Below, piece by piece: positions 18,242 through 26,456 of a DNA stretch of 29,026 nucleotides. The notes under the pieces are model-generated. The model made no database searches. It was not told the DNA's origin and saw nothing but the letters and a program-made list of their open reading frames with translations. The position numbers were made by a program, and so were the translations under genes. Source of the DNA: a virus (Duplodnaviria; Heunggongvirae; Uroviricota; Caudoviricetes); the IMG/VR virus record IMGVR_UViG_3300033069_001022, positions 90,960 through 119,985 of that record; one strand, given 5' to 3'. Every line of letters begins with the position of its first letter. Position 1 is the first letter of the stretch.

Positions 18242-19179
18242 TAAAAGTATTTACATATCAAGGTAATTTAAAACAGACTAGTTCAGGAGGTTTATTTGCT
18301 TGTTCTTTATTATCTACATGTACAACAGATAATCTAGCAGAAGGGTCTAATTTATATTTTACAGACAGTAGGGCTGTAACAGCTTTAACTGGGGAGAATA
18401 TATCTATTTTTACCAATGATTCTGGATATTTAACCTCCTTATCCGGAGCTGTTTTAACAACCAGAAGTTTAACTATAAATGGTGTATCTTTTGATTTATC
18501 TGCTGATAGAACTTGGACCATAAGTACTGTAACAGGTAATGCAGGAACTGCAACTGCTTTACAGACAGCTAGAAGGATAAATAGTGTATTATTTGATGGT
18601 ACATCAGATATAAATACTGATGAGAAAATACTTACCTATCAAGCTTTGGGGTCAACAATACTATCCCAAAATGTAAATGGTGGACTAGGAGATGCTACAG
18701 GAACATACACAATGGCTGATAATCGTGTATGTTTTATGGCTACATATTTAAAGAAAGCAGGAACTATTACAGGAATAAAATGGAAACAAGCTACTCAAGG
18801 TAGCTATACAGCAGATGGTTATAATGGAGTAGGTCTATATACCTATTCTGGAGGAACATTAACACTAGTAGCTTCATCAACTGATGATGGTAATATATGG
18901 AAGGCAACTACAGGAACAATATCAAGTAAAGCTTTTTCAAGTACTTATGCTGCCAGTGCAGGTTTACACTTTATAGGGGTACTTTATTGTAACTCTTCAC
19001 AATCAACAGCTCCTGTTATAGGAGCTATACTTGGTGCAACAGGTACTAATATAGTTAACGATTTTACGAATTCTGCAAAATTAAATGGTCATGTTGTAGG
19101 ACAGACTTCTTTACCAGCAAGTATAGCCATGAGTAGTATAACAGCTTTTTTTAATGAGCCTTGGGCCGCCACTTACTAA
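18238..19179 (+). CDS. Tail fibre protein (~313 aa)
   Basis: Likely start ATG 18238 overlaps the upstream TGA. Fibre shaft motifs TTDNLAEGSNLYFTDSRA, LTINGVSFDLSADRTW and GNAGTATALQTARRINSVLFDGTSDI, then a C-terminal globular domain. Confidence 0.75.
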   Translation: MIKVFTYQGNLKQTSSGGLFACSLLSTCTTDNLAEGSNLYFTDSRAVTALTGENISIFTNDSGYLTSLSGAVLTTRSLTINGVSFDLSADRTWTISTVTGNAGTATALQTARRINSVLFDGTSDINTDEKILTYQALGSTILSQNVNGGLGDATGTYTMADNRVCFMATYLKKAGTITGIKWKQATQGSYTADGYNGVGLYTYSGGTLTLVASSTDDGNIWKATTGTISSKAFSSTYAASAGLHFIGVLYCNSSQSTAPVIGAILGATGTNIVNDFTNSAKLNGHVVGQTSLPASIAMSSITAFFNEPWAATY

Positions 19180-19186
19180 ACTTAAA

Positions 19187-19777
19187 ATGAATATTATATT
19201 AGATTCTATGTCTTATTTACTAGCAGCAACTTTACTTATTCTTTGTAAAGCGTTATTTGATTATATAGTAAAATACATTAAAGGAAGAGATATAGGCAGC
19301 ATATTTCATAGATCAATGAAGCAGGCAGTACTTATTAATCAGGAATTAGCCTCTTTAAGAGATAAATATGCGTTTAATAGGGCATCTTTAATTGATTATC
19401 ACAATGGAGTGAGTTCATTCCAAGGTATAAGTTTTAAAAATGCTTCTATGAGAAATGAGATGACTGACATTAATACAAAATCCATCATAAAGGATTTTCA
19501 AAATATACCATGTTCAATTCTTGCCACTATGCTTATAGAGCTGGAAAATTCCAAAGAAGGTTATACAGTTACAACTGATGATATGGATAATGAAACAGCT
19601 ATAACTTATAAAATGTATGGTATAAAAAAAGCATATAACTTTAAAGTTGGTAAAAATCTGACAGAGGGTGTAGTTAGTCTTTTACTGAATGAGGACAATG
19701 TAAATTTAAGTATAGAAGACATTAAAGATATTAAAGGACATATTCAAAAAATAAGATTAATAAGACGAGTGAAATGA
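19187..19777 (+). CDS. Putative holin: N-terminal TM plus GAF-like soluble domain (T4 gp t-like architecture)
   Basis: Likely start ATG 19187. One N-terminal TM, then L..LR....NRA.LIDYHNG...F..AS...E...QNIP; two genes upstream of the endolysin. Confidence 0.5.
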   Translation: MNIILDSMSYLLAATLLILCKALFDYIVKYIKGRDIGSIFHRSMKQAVLINQELASLRDKYAFNRASLIDYHNGVSSFQGISFKNASMRNEMTDINTKSIIKDFQNIPCSILATMLIELENSKEGYTVTTDDMDNETAITYKMYGIKKAYNFKVGKNLTEGVVSLLLNEDNVNLSIEDIKDIKGHIQKIRLIRRVK

Positions 19778-20163
19778 AGCCAAATGTAAAAAAATTCTTT
19801 TATGATTTAATAGACTCTGATAATGAAAAATCTTCAAAAAGATTTATAACATTAGTGGCTATGCTTCATTTTATTATAGGATCTTTTTTAATACTTGGAT
19901 TGTTTACATTTGTTGCCATTCACCCTACTAAAGGAGATATTGAGTTTTTAAAGATAATGAATGATATACTAAAAGTTATACTAGAGTATGATTTTTTAAT
20001 AATTGTAGCAGGTTTAGGAATGATTACCAGTGAAAATTTAGGTAAGATACTTGTTAAAAAATTCACCAAAGGATATGATGGTGGTGGATGGGGTTCATGG
20101 GGAAATGATGAAGAAAAAAATATTGGCTCACAAAAAACACCCAAAGAAGATGGCGAACTTTAG
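19774..20163 (+). CDS. Putative holin/antiholin (129 aa, 2 TM)
   Basis: SSKR followed by two hydrophobic helices and a charged C-terminal tail; overlaps the endolysin start. Confidence 0.55.
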   Translation: MKPNVKKFFYDLIDSDNEKSSKRFITLVAMLHFIIGSFLILGLFTFVAIHPTKGDIEFLKIMNDILKVILEYDFLIIVAGLGMITSENLGKILVKKFTKGYDGGGWGSWGNDEEKNIGSQKTPKEDGEL

Positions 20164-20674
20164 TTTATACTTTCCTATTTTATTAAAATTTGAAGGTGGT
20201 TATGTTAATAACCCAAAAGATAATGGTGGTCCTACTAATCTAGGAGTTACGTTAAAAGAGTGGTTATCAAGTGGTTATGATAAAGACGGTGATGGAGATA
20301 TAGATGTTCAGGATCTGAAAAGAATTACTCCAAAAGATGCTGAGAAAATAGCAAAATTGAAATACTGGGATAAAGTCAGGGGGGATGAAATTAATTCCCA
20401 AAGTGTAGCAGAGTTTTTATTTGATTGGGCTTATATGTCTGGACCAGGTACTGCAATAAGAAAACTTCAGGAAGTTTTAGAAATTACAATTGATGGTATT
20501 ATAGGCAATAAAACAATAGGAGCTATAAACTCCACAAATCCTGTCACTTTATTTAACTTATTAAAAGCCAGAAGAGAAAAGTTTTTCAGAGATATTGTTA
20601 ATAATAACCCCTCTCAGAAAGTATTTTTAAAAGGTTGGTTAAATAGAAATAATTTATTTGTATTTCACGGATAA
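20150..20674 (+). CDS. Endolysin, glycoside hydrolase family 108 with peptidoglycan-binding C-terminus
   Basis: Likely start ATG 20150 (MANF). EGGYVNNPKDNGGPTNLGVT is the GH108 motif; EF-hand-like DKDGDGDIDVQD insert; DGIIGNKT and FLKGWLNR C-terminal motifs. Confidence 0.9.
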   Translation: MANFSLYFPILLKFEGGYVNNPKDNGGPTNLGVTLKEWLSSGYDKDGDGDIDVQDLKRITPKDAEKIAKLKYWDKVRGDEINSQSVAEFLFDWAYMSGPGTAIRKLQEVLEITIDGIIGNKTIGAINSTNPVTLFNLLKARREKFFRDIVNNNPSQKVFLKGWLNRNNLFVFHG

Positions 20675-20686
20675 GTTGTATATTTG
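20657..20686 (+). promoter_or_regulatory. Bacteroidetes housekeeping-sigma-type promoter for the GIY-YIG gene
   Basis: TTTG (20657-20660), 18 nt, TATATTTG (20679-20686) matches -33 TTTG / -7 TAnnTTTG; the ATG follows 4 nt later. Confidence 0.5.
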
Positions 20687-20690
20687 TAAT

Positions 20691-21377
20691 ATGAAAGAAC
20701 TACATATCTTGGGAATCTATAAAATAACAAGCCCTTCCGGAAAAGTTTATATTGGTCAGAGTGCAAATATACTAAAGAGATTTAGATATTATAAATATTA
20801 TAGTGCTTACCAACAACCCAAATTACATAGTTCATTATTGAAATATGGTTGGGAAACACACATATTTGAAGTAATACATGAGTTACCTTTTGATGTTTCT
20901 CAAGAAGTTTTAGATAAATATGAAAATTTATATATAGATTTATATAAAAGTTGTAATTTAGATTTACTAAATATAAGAGGTGGGGGAAGTAGAGGAAAAG
21001 TGTCAGAAGACACAAAAAAGAAATTAAGCATAGCCCATACGGGCAAAATACTTAGTGAAGCAACAAAAAAGAAAATTAGTGAAAGTAGAAAAGGTAAATG
21101 TTTAGGAGAAAATAATCATAGGTATGGGAAACCCGTTCCAAATCAAGACCATAATAAAGGTAAGAAACAGTCTAAAGAATTAATAGACAAAAGAATGAAA
21201 AAAAGTAGAATACCGATACTTCAATATGATTTAGAAGATAATTTTATAAAAGAATGGATTTGTGCAGAAGAAGTATTTAGACATTTAAAAATATGGCCCC
21301 AGAGTATAAGAATATGTTGTAGAAATAAAGGTCCTTTGTGGAGTACTGGAGGTTTTAAATGGAAAAACAAAAACTAA
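20691..21377 (+). CDS. Free-standing GIY-YIG homing endonuclease with NUMOD3 and NUMOD1-like motifs
   Basis: GIYKITSPSGKVYIGQS; SEDTKKKLSIAHTGK and SEATKKKISESRKGK repeats; C-terminal PILQYDL...CC...GGFKWK. Confidence 0.9.
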   Translation: MKELHILGIYKITSPSGKVYIGQSANILKRFRYYKYYSAYQQPKLHSSLLKYGWETHIFEVIHELPFDVSQEVLDKYENLYIDLYKSCNLDLLNIRGGGSRGKVSEDTKKKLSIAHTGKILSEATKKKISESRKGKCLGENNHRYGKPVPNQDHNKGKKQSKELIDKRMKKSRIPILQYDLEDNFIKEWICAEEVFRHLKIWPQSIRICCRNKGPLWSTGGFKWKNKN

Positions 21378-21379
21378 AT

Positions 21380-22132
21380 ATGAAGGAATTATCAATAATC
21401 GGAATTTGCGCTACTAAGAACCGGGTTTCTCACTTAAAGAAAGTGATAAGGTGCTTTATAGAGCAAGATTATACTGGTCCATCTACATTATTTATATACA
21501 ATAATGCAAAAGAAGAGCAACAGTTAGGGGATTTTGAACTTCCTCCAAATAAAACTATCATTTTAATTAACCACAGTACTAAATTAGGAGAGGACAGAGA
21601 TTATAATAATCTTGGTGAGATATACAATGATATTTTAGAGTTCATTCCCTTAGCTGATTTAGTGGTACATATGGATGATGATGATACCTATCTTCCTGAT
21701 CATTTTTCCAAAGGATTAGAAGGTTATAAAAGAGGTGGTTTATTAGCTTACAAACCTGAAAAATCTTGGTTTAAGACACATGATAAACTTTCTCTTGAGA
21801 AAAATGTACTAGAACCTTCTATATTTGTAAATTATGATCATTTAAAATCAGAAGGTTATTTTCCTAGAAATGTGGATTTACATCATAAATGGGTACAACC
21901 TTTAATAGATAAGGAACAAATATATGTAGATCCAAAAGGGAAAGCTACTTTTATATATGATTGGAGTGGTACAATACCTGTTTGGAAAACATCTGGAGAT
22001 CCTCATAATCCAAACAATTTTAATAACTACACAGCAAATTCAACAGATAAAGGTACTGGTATATTATTACCTATTAGTAAAGAAGACTTATTAAAATATG
22101 AACCTCAATATAATCTGTTGTACAGAAAATAA
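21380..22132 (+). CDS. GT-A fold glycosyltransferase (GT2-like)
   Basis: N-terminal I...TKNR...L...I..F..QDY and acidic VVHMDDDDTYLP motif; likely start ATG 21380. Confidence 0.8.
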   Translation: MKELSIIGICATKNRVSHLKKVIRCFIEQDYTGPSTLFIYNNAKEEQQLGDFELPPNKTIILINHSTKLGEDRDYNNLGEIYNDILEFIPLADLVVHMDDDDTYLPDHFSKGLEGYKRGGLLAYKPEKSWFKTHDKLSLEKNVLEPSIFVNYDHLKSEGYFPRNVDLHHKWVQPLIDKEQIYVDPKGKATFIYDWSGTIPVWKTSGDPHNPNNFNNYTANSTDKGTGILLPISKEDLLKYEPQYNLLYRK

Positions 22133-23186
22133 ATTAAGATTTGCCTGGGAAACCAGGGTACTTTTAACTTCTTTAAAAGAGTTTGATTATTCAGATAAAG
22201 CAAGAGTACTTATATACAAATCTCAAGAAGGTACTCATACAGAGTGGGGTACTTTAGAACATGATTTTCCTGAAGCTCAGTTTTTCTATTATGATGATAA
22301 AAACATAATGAAGACTGCCAGAGCATTTGGTTATCCTCCTTTGTGCAGGTTATATTGTTTACAAAAACATTGGGAACAATTTCCACATTTACAACAAGAG
22401 GCTATATTTTATTGTGATACAGATATAGTATTTACTAAGAAATTTGATTTTACACCCTATTTAGAAGACTCTATTAATTATTTATCCTGGACTGGTAATA
22501 TAGAAAGAACAGATAATTACTTATGGCAACCTTATTTGGACTCAAAATTAGATAAGGTGAATCCTTTAAAAATAGAAAAATTTAAAAAGATAGATATAGT
22601 ATCTAGATTAGGAAATATCTGTGGAATTAACAGAGAAATTATAACTAAGAACAATGAACATACCGGAGGAGCACAATATTTGTTAAAAAATATAACCAAG
22701 CAATTCTGGATTGACTGTTTTAACACCTGTTGTGAAATAAAAATGTATCTGGCTGATATTAACCAGATATATATGCAAGGTACAACAGCTCAGGAAAGAG
22801 AAAATAATGGATTTCAATCCTGGTGTGCAGATATGTGGTGTGTATTGTATAATCTCTGGAAAACTTCAGAAACAAGGTGTCCCAAAGAATTTGACTTTGC
22901 ATGGAGTACAGATAAAATAGAAAGATTAAATGAGGTATTTGTCCTACATAATGCAGGAGTTACTTCTGATGAAAAAATAGCAGTTGCTAACCAAAGAGAT
23001 GAAAATGGAGGGAGAATAACTTTAGAGGGACCATTATTCTTTAAAGGTAATTCTAAGTATTTAGTATCTACACCGCAACAAGATATAGAAAAATTATTGG
23101 AAATATATAACAATCCAATTAATAAACAGTTTTGTAACAATTTTTATATAAAAACAATTTTAAAATCCACAAAAAATGAGTATTGA
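22098..23186 (+). CDS. GT-A fold glycosyltransferase-like protein (362 aa)
   Basis: IFYCDTDIVF (DxD), GGAQYLLKN, WCADMWCVLYNLW and HNAG; overlaps both neighbours. Confidence 0.65.
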   Translation: MNLNIICCTENKLRFAWETRVLLTSLKEFDYSDKARVLIYKSQEGTHTEWGTLEHDFPEAQFFYYDDKNIMKTARAFGYPPLCRLYCLQKHWEQFPHLQQEAIFYCDTDIVFTKKFDFTPYLEDSINYLSWTGNIERTDNYLWQPYLDSKLDKVNPLKIEKFKKIDIVSRLGNICGINREIITKNNEHTGGAQYLLKNITKQFWIDCFNTCCEIKMYLADINQIYMQGTTAQERENNGFQSWCADMWCVLYNLWKTSETRCPKEFDFAWSTDKIERLNEVFVLHNAGVTSDEKIAVANQRDENGGRITLEGPLFFKGNSKYLVSTPQQDIEKLLEIYNNPINKQFCNNFYIKTILKSTKNEY

Positions 23187-23637
23187 TAAAAGCATGAAGT
23201 ATTTCACAAGATTAGACTACCAAGGTAGAAGGATTGCTGGTAGTGGAGTTATCCGTAGAAAAAAACCATCTATAGGCAGATGGGTAGAAGAAACTGAAGC
23301 AACTTGTTGTTTCCCATTCACATCTTTAACCCAAACACCTGCTGATACTTATATATCAGACATTACATTGACTATTCTGTGTGATGATGTAGAGGTTATG
23401 GTAACTACTATACTAGCTAGTTCTACTGATATAGACACATTAGTAGCTGAGTTAAATAGTAATCTAGCTTATCTGGGTACTTTTAGTACTGATGGAACAG
23501 ATGTTATCTTACATCTTCACCAGGATATTGCAGATTCAATGTGTGCTGGGGAGTTGACAATGGCAGTAACTGGTACTCCTACGACTACCACTACAACCAC
23601 TACTACAAGTACTACAACCACAACGGCCACACCTTGA
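23176..23637 (+). CDS. Putative virion/decoration protein (153 aa) with C-terminal poly-Thr tail
   Basis: Ends TGTPTTTTTTTTTSTTTTTATP; start overlaps the GT stop; no signal peptide or TM. Confidence 0.65.
   Translation: MSIDKSMKYFTRLDYQGRRIAGSGVIRRKKPSIGRWVEETEATCCFPFTSLTQTPADTYISDITLTILCDDVEVMVTTILASSTDIDTLVAELNSNLAYLGTFSTDGTDVILHLHQDIADSMCAGELTMAVTGTPTTTTTTTTTSTTTTTATP
23569..23634 (+). repeat. Low-complexity Thr-codon tract (17 Thr and 1 Ser in 22 residues)
   Basis: All four ACN codons are mixed (acg act acc act aca acc ...), so it is a protein-level repeat rather than a pure microsatellite. Confidence 0.85.
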
Positions 23638-23641
23638 TGAT

Positions 23642-23698
23642 TTAACAAATATTTAACAAGGTACTACTTGTAGTTGTCGTTTTTATTATATATCTTTG
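23642..23698 (+). promoter_or_regulatory. TTAACAA direct-repeat box plus Bacteroidetes-type promoter upstream of the HNH-like gene
   Basis: TTAACAA-ATAT-TTAACAA (23642-23659); TTG (23668-23670), 20 nt, TATCTTTG (23691-23698). Confidence 0.5.
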
Positions 23699-23715
23699 TG
23701 TTTAAATATGTAAAG

Positions 23716-24339
23716 ATGTGTAATAGAGTATGTAAAGTGTGTAGCATTAATAAAGCATTAGAGTTTTTTCAGTATCATTCAGCTACAGGATATTACAGTA
23801 AAACTTGTAAAGATTGTTCTAATAAGCTTAGAAGACAGAATTTTGCTAATAAAGCCACTTTAGAAGGAAGAATTTTAAATAAACTATCTACCCTAATAAG
23901 ATATAAAACATGTAATAAATGTAAAGAAGAAAAAGAGGTAAATAGGAATAATTTTACAAGACATAATAGTAGATATAGTAATATTTGTAGAGTTTGTAAC
24001 GAAACTGAAAAACTAAAAAACAAACTTATAAAGGACAATGAGAAAGTTAATGATAGAACTATTGTTAAACACTCAACATATAGAGCTAATGATTTTAGAA
24101 AAGGATTACTATTTCAACTAACAAAAAAATTTCTAGAAAAAGCTTTGAATAGTGAATGTGTATATTGTGGATTTCCTGCTAATGGTGTAGATAGATTAGA
24201 TAATAATATTGGGCATACTGATGAAAATTGTGTACCTTGCTGTACTCAATGTAATCATGCTAGAAATAATTATTTTACAGTAGAAGAAATGAAAATAATA
24301 GGAAATACTATAAGGGAAATTAAACTTAAAAGAAAGTGA
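23716..24339 (+). CDS. HNH-like (His-Me finger) homing endonuclease with N-terminal CxxC zinc ribbons
   Basis: Likely start ATG 23716. Several CxxC pairs; CVYCG...GVDRLDNNIGHTDENCVPCCTQCN..R. Confidence 0.75.
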   Translation: MCNRVCKVCSINKALEFFQYHSATGYYSKTCKDCSNKLRRQNFANKATLEGRILNKLSTLIRYKTCNKCKEEKEVNRNNFTRHNSRYSNICRVCNETEKLKNKLIKDNEKVNDRTIVKHSTYRANDFRKGLLFQLTKKFLEKALNSECVYCGFPANGVDRLDNNIGHTDENCVPCCTQCNHARNNYFTVEEMKIIGNTIREIKLKRK

Positions 24340-24620
24340 CAATATATTTTAAAGATGTTCCTAAAGTTATACCAGATAACGAAAGGTCTTATTTTAATTT
24401 ATTAGAGGGAGTATTGAATACAGTAGACGAACTTTCTACAATGGAAGTTAGAAAGAATTTATCTAATTATAGCTTTAGAATAGCTATCTCTAATCCTGTA
24501 TATCTATCTTTAATAATAGATAAACTGAATGAGTTACATTCAATGTTAAATACAAGACTTGTTTATTCTAAATCTATTAAAAATCTTAGTGCTATATCTT
24601 TTACTGTGCCAATATTTTAA
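24336..24620 (+). CDS. Hypothetical protein (94 aa)
   Basis: GTG start overlaps the upstream TGA; ordinary globular composition. Confidence 0.6.
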   Translation: MTIYFKDVPKVIPDNERSYFNLLEGVLNTVDELSTMEVRKNLSNYSFRIAISNPVYLSLIIDKLNELHSMLNTRLVYSKSIKNLSAISFTVPIF

Positions 24621-24651
24621 CTTTTCTTTAACATATTATTTAGTATATTTG
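24617..24651 (+). promoter_or_regulatory. TTAAC repeat (11-bp period) plus TATATTTG -7 box upstream of ORF 24670
   Basis: TTAAC at 24617 and 24628; TATATTTG at 24644-24651; no clear -33 TTG. Confidence 0.4.
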
Positions 24652-24669
24652 CTAAAAATATAAATTTAT

Positions 24670-24969
24670 ATGGATACTAGTACGATTCAAGAAGCTGAAG
24701 TGGTTAAGAACAAATTTAATCCACAAGCAAATTATGAGTGGAAGCCTACTGACACATTTACTATCTCGGGAGGTGAACTTAATTTATTACACCAAACACT
24801 GCATATAGTGTTTAACACTGGTGAAACTGAACCTAAAAAATGGGTCATGTTAAGTAAGTTATATGAGTTAACTACAGGAGTAATTAAGAGAGGAGTAGAA
24901 AATGGACTTATACAAGAAGTAAAACCAACTACTGCAAGTCCTTTAATACAGGATAATCCAGGAGAGTAA
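24670..24969 (+). CDS. Hypothetical protein (99 aa)
   Basis: ATG downstream of the -7 box; ends just before the terminator. Confidence 0.7.
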   Translation: MDTSTIQEAEVVKNKFNPQANYEWKPTDTFTISGGELNLLHQTLHIVFNTGETEPKKWVMLSKLYELTTGVIKRGVENGLIQEVKPTTASPLIQDNPGE

Positions 24970-24975
24970 AATTAA

Positions 24976-25006
24976 AAAAGCCCTTAGCTAATAACTAAGG
25001 GCTTTT
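24976..25006. terminator. Bidirectional rho-independent terminator between the convergent gene blocks
   Basis: AAAAGCCCTTAG-ctaataa-CTAAGGGCTTTT perfect inverted repeat with an A-tract upstream and a T-tract downstream. Confidence 0.85.
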
Positions 25007-25009
25007 CTT

Positions 25010-25306
25010 TTATAACTTATTTTGTTGAACCATTCCTGCTTTAACAAAGAAATACGCATCAACGGCTGGCATACCATATTGCTGAAAGAGTTTTTTAACT
25101 CTTCTACCATGATTAACAGGGTATTTTTCAACTACTCCAAATACCATTCTTCTTTTACTACCATCTTTTTCTTCCCTTTCATTATGAAGATTTCCTTCTG
25201 CATCCTGAAATAATGGCTTATAGAACTTGTTAAATACCGGATACTCCTCCAAAGGAATTTTCTTCGCTTCCCTTTTCAGAATTTTTATCATTTTTTTCTT
25301 TTTCAT
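25010..25306 (-). CDS. Hypothetical protein (98 aa)
   Basis: Last gene of the - strand block; contains VNHGRRVKKLF; start uncertain. Confidence 0.65.
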   Translation of the reverse strand: MKKKKMIKILKREAKKIPLEEYPVFNKFYKPLFQDAEGNLHNEREEKDGSKRRMVFGVVEKYPVNHGRRVKKLFQQYGMPAVDAYFFVKAGMVQQNKL

Positions 25307-25598
25307 ATCTTGCTTTTGCTCTTTTAATATGTGATTTATATATTTTATCTGTTTCAGTTTCTATTCCTGGAAACCCTCTCCCTTTTCTAGTATGTTCATC
25401 CGGAGTAACTAAAAGGATATTCCATTCTTCATATTCTACTTCTGGATATTTACTTCTTTCCAGTAAATGGTCGCAAAAGGTACTTTTTAATTGCATCCCC
25501 AATCCTTTCCCAGAAACCTCGGATTTGTGGGACCTCTTTAACCAAATTTTCCGAAATAGTTCCCACCTCTTTTCGTAACTCTCCTTTTTTTCTGTCAT
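25230..25598 (-). CDS. HNH-like protein lacking the zinc-ribbon cysteines
   Basis: F..IW..R.HKSEVSG...DHLLERSKYPE...NILLVTPDEH resembles CxxC...H...N...CxxCH HNH proteins with the Cys residues replaced. Confidence 0.45.
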   Translation of the reverse strand: MTEKKESYEKRWELFRKIWLKRSHKSEVSGKGLGMQLKSTFCDHLLERSKYPEVEYEEWNILLVTPDEHTRKGRGFPGIETETDKIYKSHIKRAKARYEKEKNDKNSEKGSEENSFGGVSGI

Positions 25599-25914
25599 TT
25601 TCTTTAAATTTATTTTCTATCCATATACTCTTTACTATACCTTTTCCTAATACCAAAGCTACAAACATCCATTTATCCTTTTTATAATCCAGTCTTACAC
25701 AAGCTTCTATTAATCTTGTACTATTGTTATTAGCAATACTTCCATTATATAGGTTATCTCTAGTAACTCTTAGTAAAGTAGGAGCTACAATAAGTTCCCC
25801 ATCTACTCTTTCCACTAATCTTGCTTTAGCATGTTTAGAATAAGAGAGAGGAATTAAACCCTCTCTCCATTTTAATTGTTTAATTAATATCTCGTTTCTA
25901 TTTAATCTAATCAT
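25450..25914 (-). CDS. Hypothetical protein (154 aa)
   Basis: ATGA-type overlap with the upstream gene; YSKHAKARL motif. Confidence 0.6.
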   Translation of the reverse strand: MIRLNRNEILIKQLKWREGLIPLSYSKHAKARLVERVDGELIVAPTLLRVTRDNLYNGSIANNNSTRLIEACVRLDYKKDKWMFVALVLGKGIVKSIWIENKFKENDRKKGELRKEVGTISENLVKEVPQIRGFWERIGDAIKKYLLRPFTGKK

Positions 25915-26126
25915 TTTACGTATTTATATATGTGACCATAACTTGTGTTATACACATCTATAAGATTATTTACTTCTCTTTTCCAAATAGCATGTAATTT
26001 ACCTTTAGCTGGTTCATTGGATATTTTCTGTTCTATTAACTCTTGTAATTCCATAGCAGAAGTTACATTAGGTATTACATCTGTATTCTCCTCATTACCC
26101 TCATAATAATCAATATTCCTCTTCAT
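25911..26126 (-). CDS. Hypothetical protein (71 aa)
   Basis: Tightly overlapped within the operon. Confidence 0.65.
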   Translation of the reverse strand: MKRNIDYYEGNEENTDVIPNVTSAMELQELIEQKISNEPAKGKLHAIWKREVNNLIDVYNTSYGHIYKYVK

Positions 26127-26454
26127 ATCTTATTAATTTTTGATTGATTAAATGTGGTAAGACAACATCTACCATAGGGTGTTCAACACTCATCCACTCC
26201 GAAGAATAGCATTCTAAATCTTGAATATTCAACATTGGCAATCCCTTAGTGATAAACAAATTTACTATTTCTTTCATATTATTAAAATTTACTACCCAAG
26301 TACTATTTTGAGGTATATATAATTGATCATCCGTATCATAAATACTTTCCCTGTCTAAAGAAAAAACACTTCCAATTAAAGTTAATTTAATTTTCTCTTT
26401 AATAGGATTATTATCAAATACATATTTTCCTGTATTTTTACTATAGTAGCCCAT
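26110..26454 (-). CDS. Hypothetical protein (114 aa)
   Basis: Starts 2 nt after the mazG stop. Confidence 0.65.
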   Translation of the reverse strand: MGYYSKNTGKYVFDNNPIKEKIKLTLIGSVFSLDRESIYDTDDQLYIPQNSTWVVNFNNMKEIVNLFITKGLPMLNIQDLECYSSEWMSVEHPMVDVVLPHLINQKLIRYEEEY

Positions 26455-26456
26455 GA

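Noticed and set aside
23569-23634. Poly-Thr tract as a slippage-based phase-variation microsatellite
   Set aside because: Third codon positions vary throughout, so there is no pure nucleotide repeat.
23708-23713. ATG-TAA start-stop minigene just before the HNH-like start codon
   Set aside because: A single hexamer is expected by chance in AT-rich DNA; no supporting context.
14728-23716. Upstream start codons given in the ORF track (14728, 18175, 19154, 20051, 20658, 21359, 23674)
   Set aside because: They create long overlaps with upstream genes or cover promoter boxes; downstream ATGs with A-rich leaders or ATGA coupling fit better.
14793-25213. Further shadow ORFs (14793-15122, 15617-15901, 16716-16961, 16790-17008, 18258-18521, 19920-20144, 20782-21015, 22532-22726, 22814-23140, 23793-24038, 25022-25213)
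   Set aside because: Each overlaps a better-supported gene on the opposite strand and has no recognisable motif.
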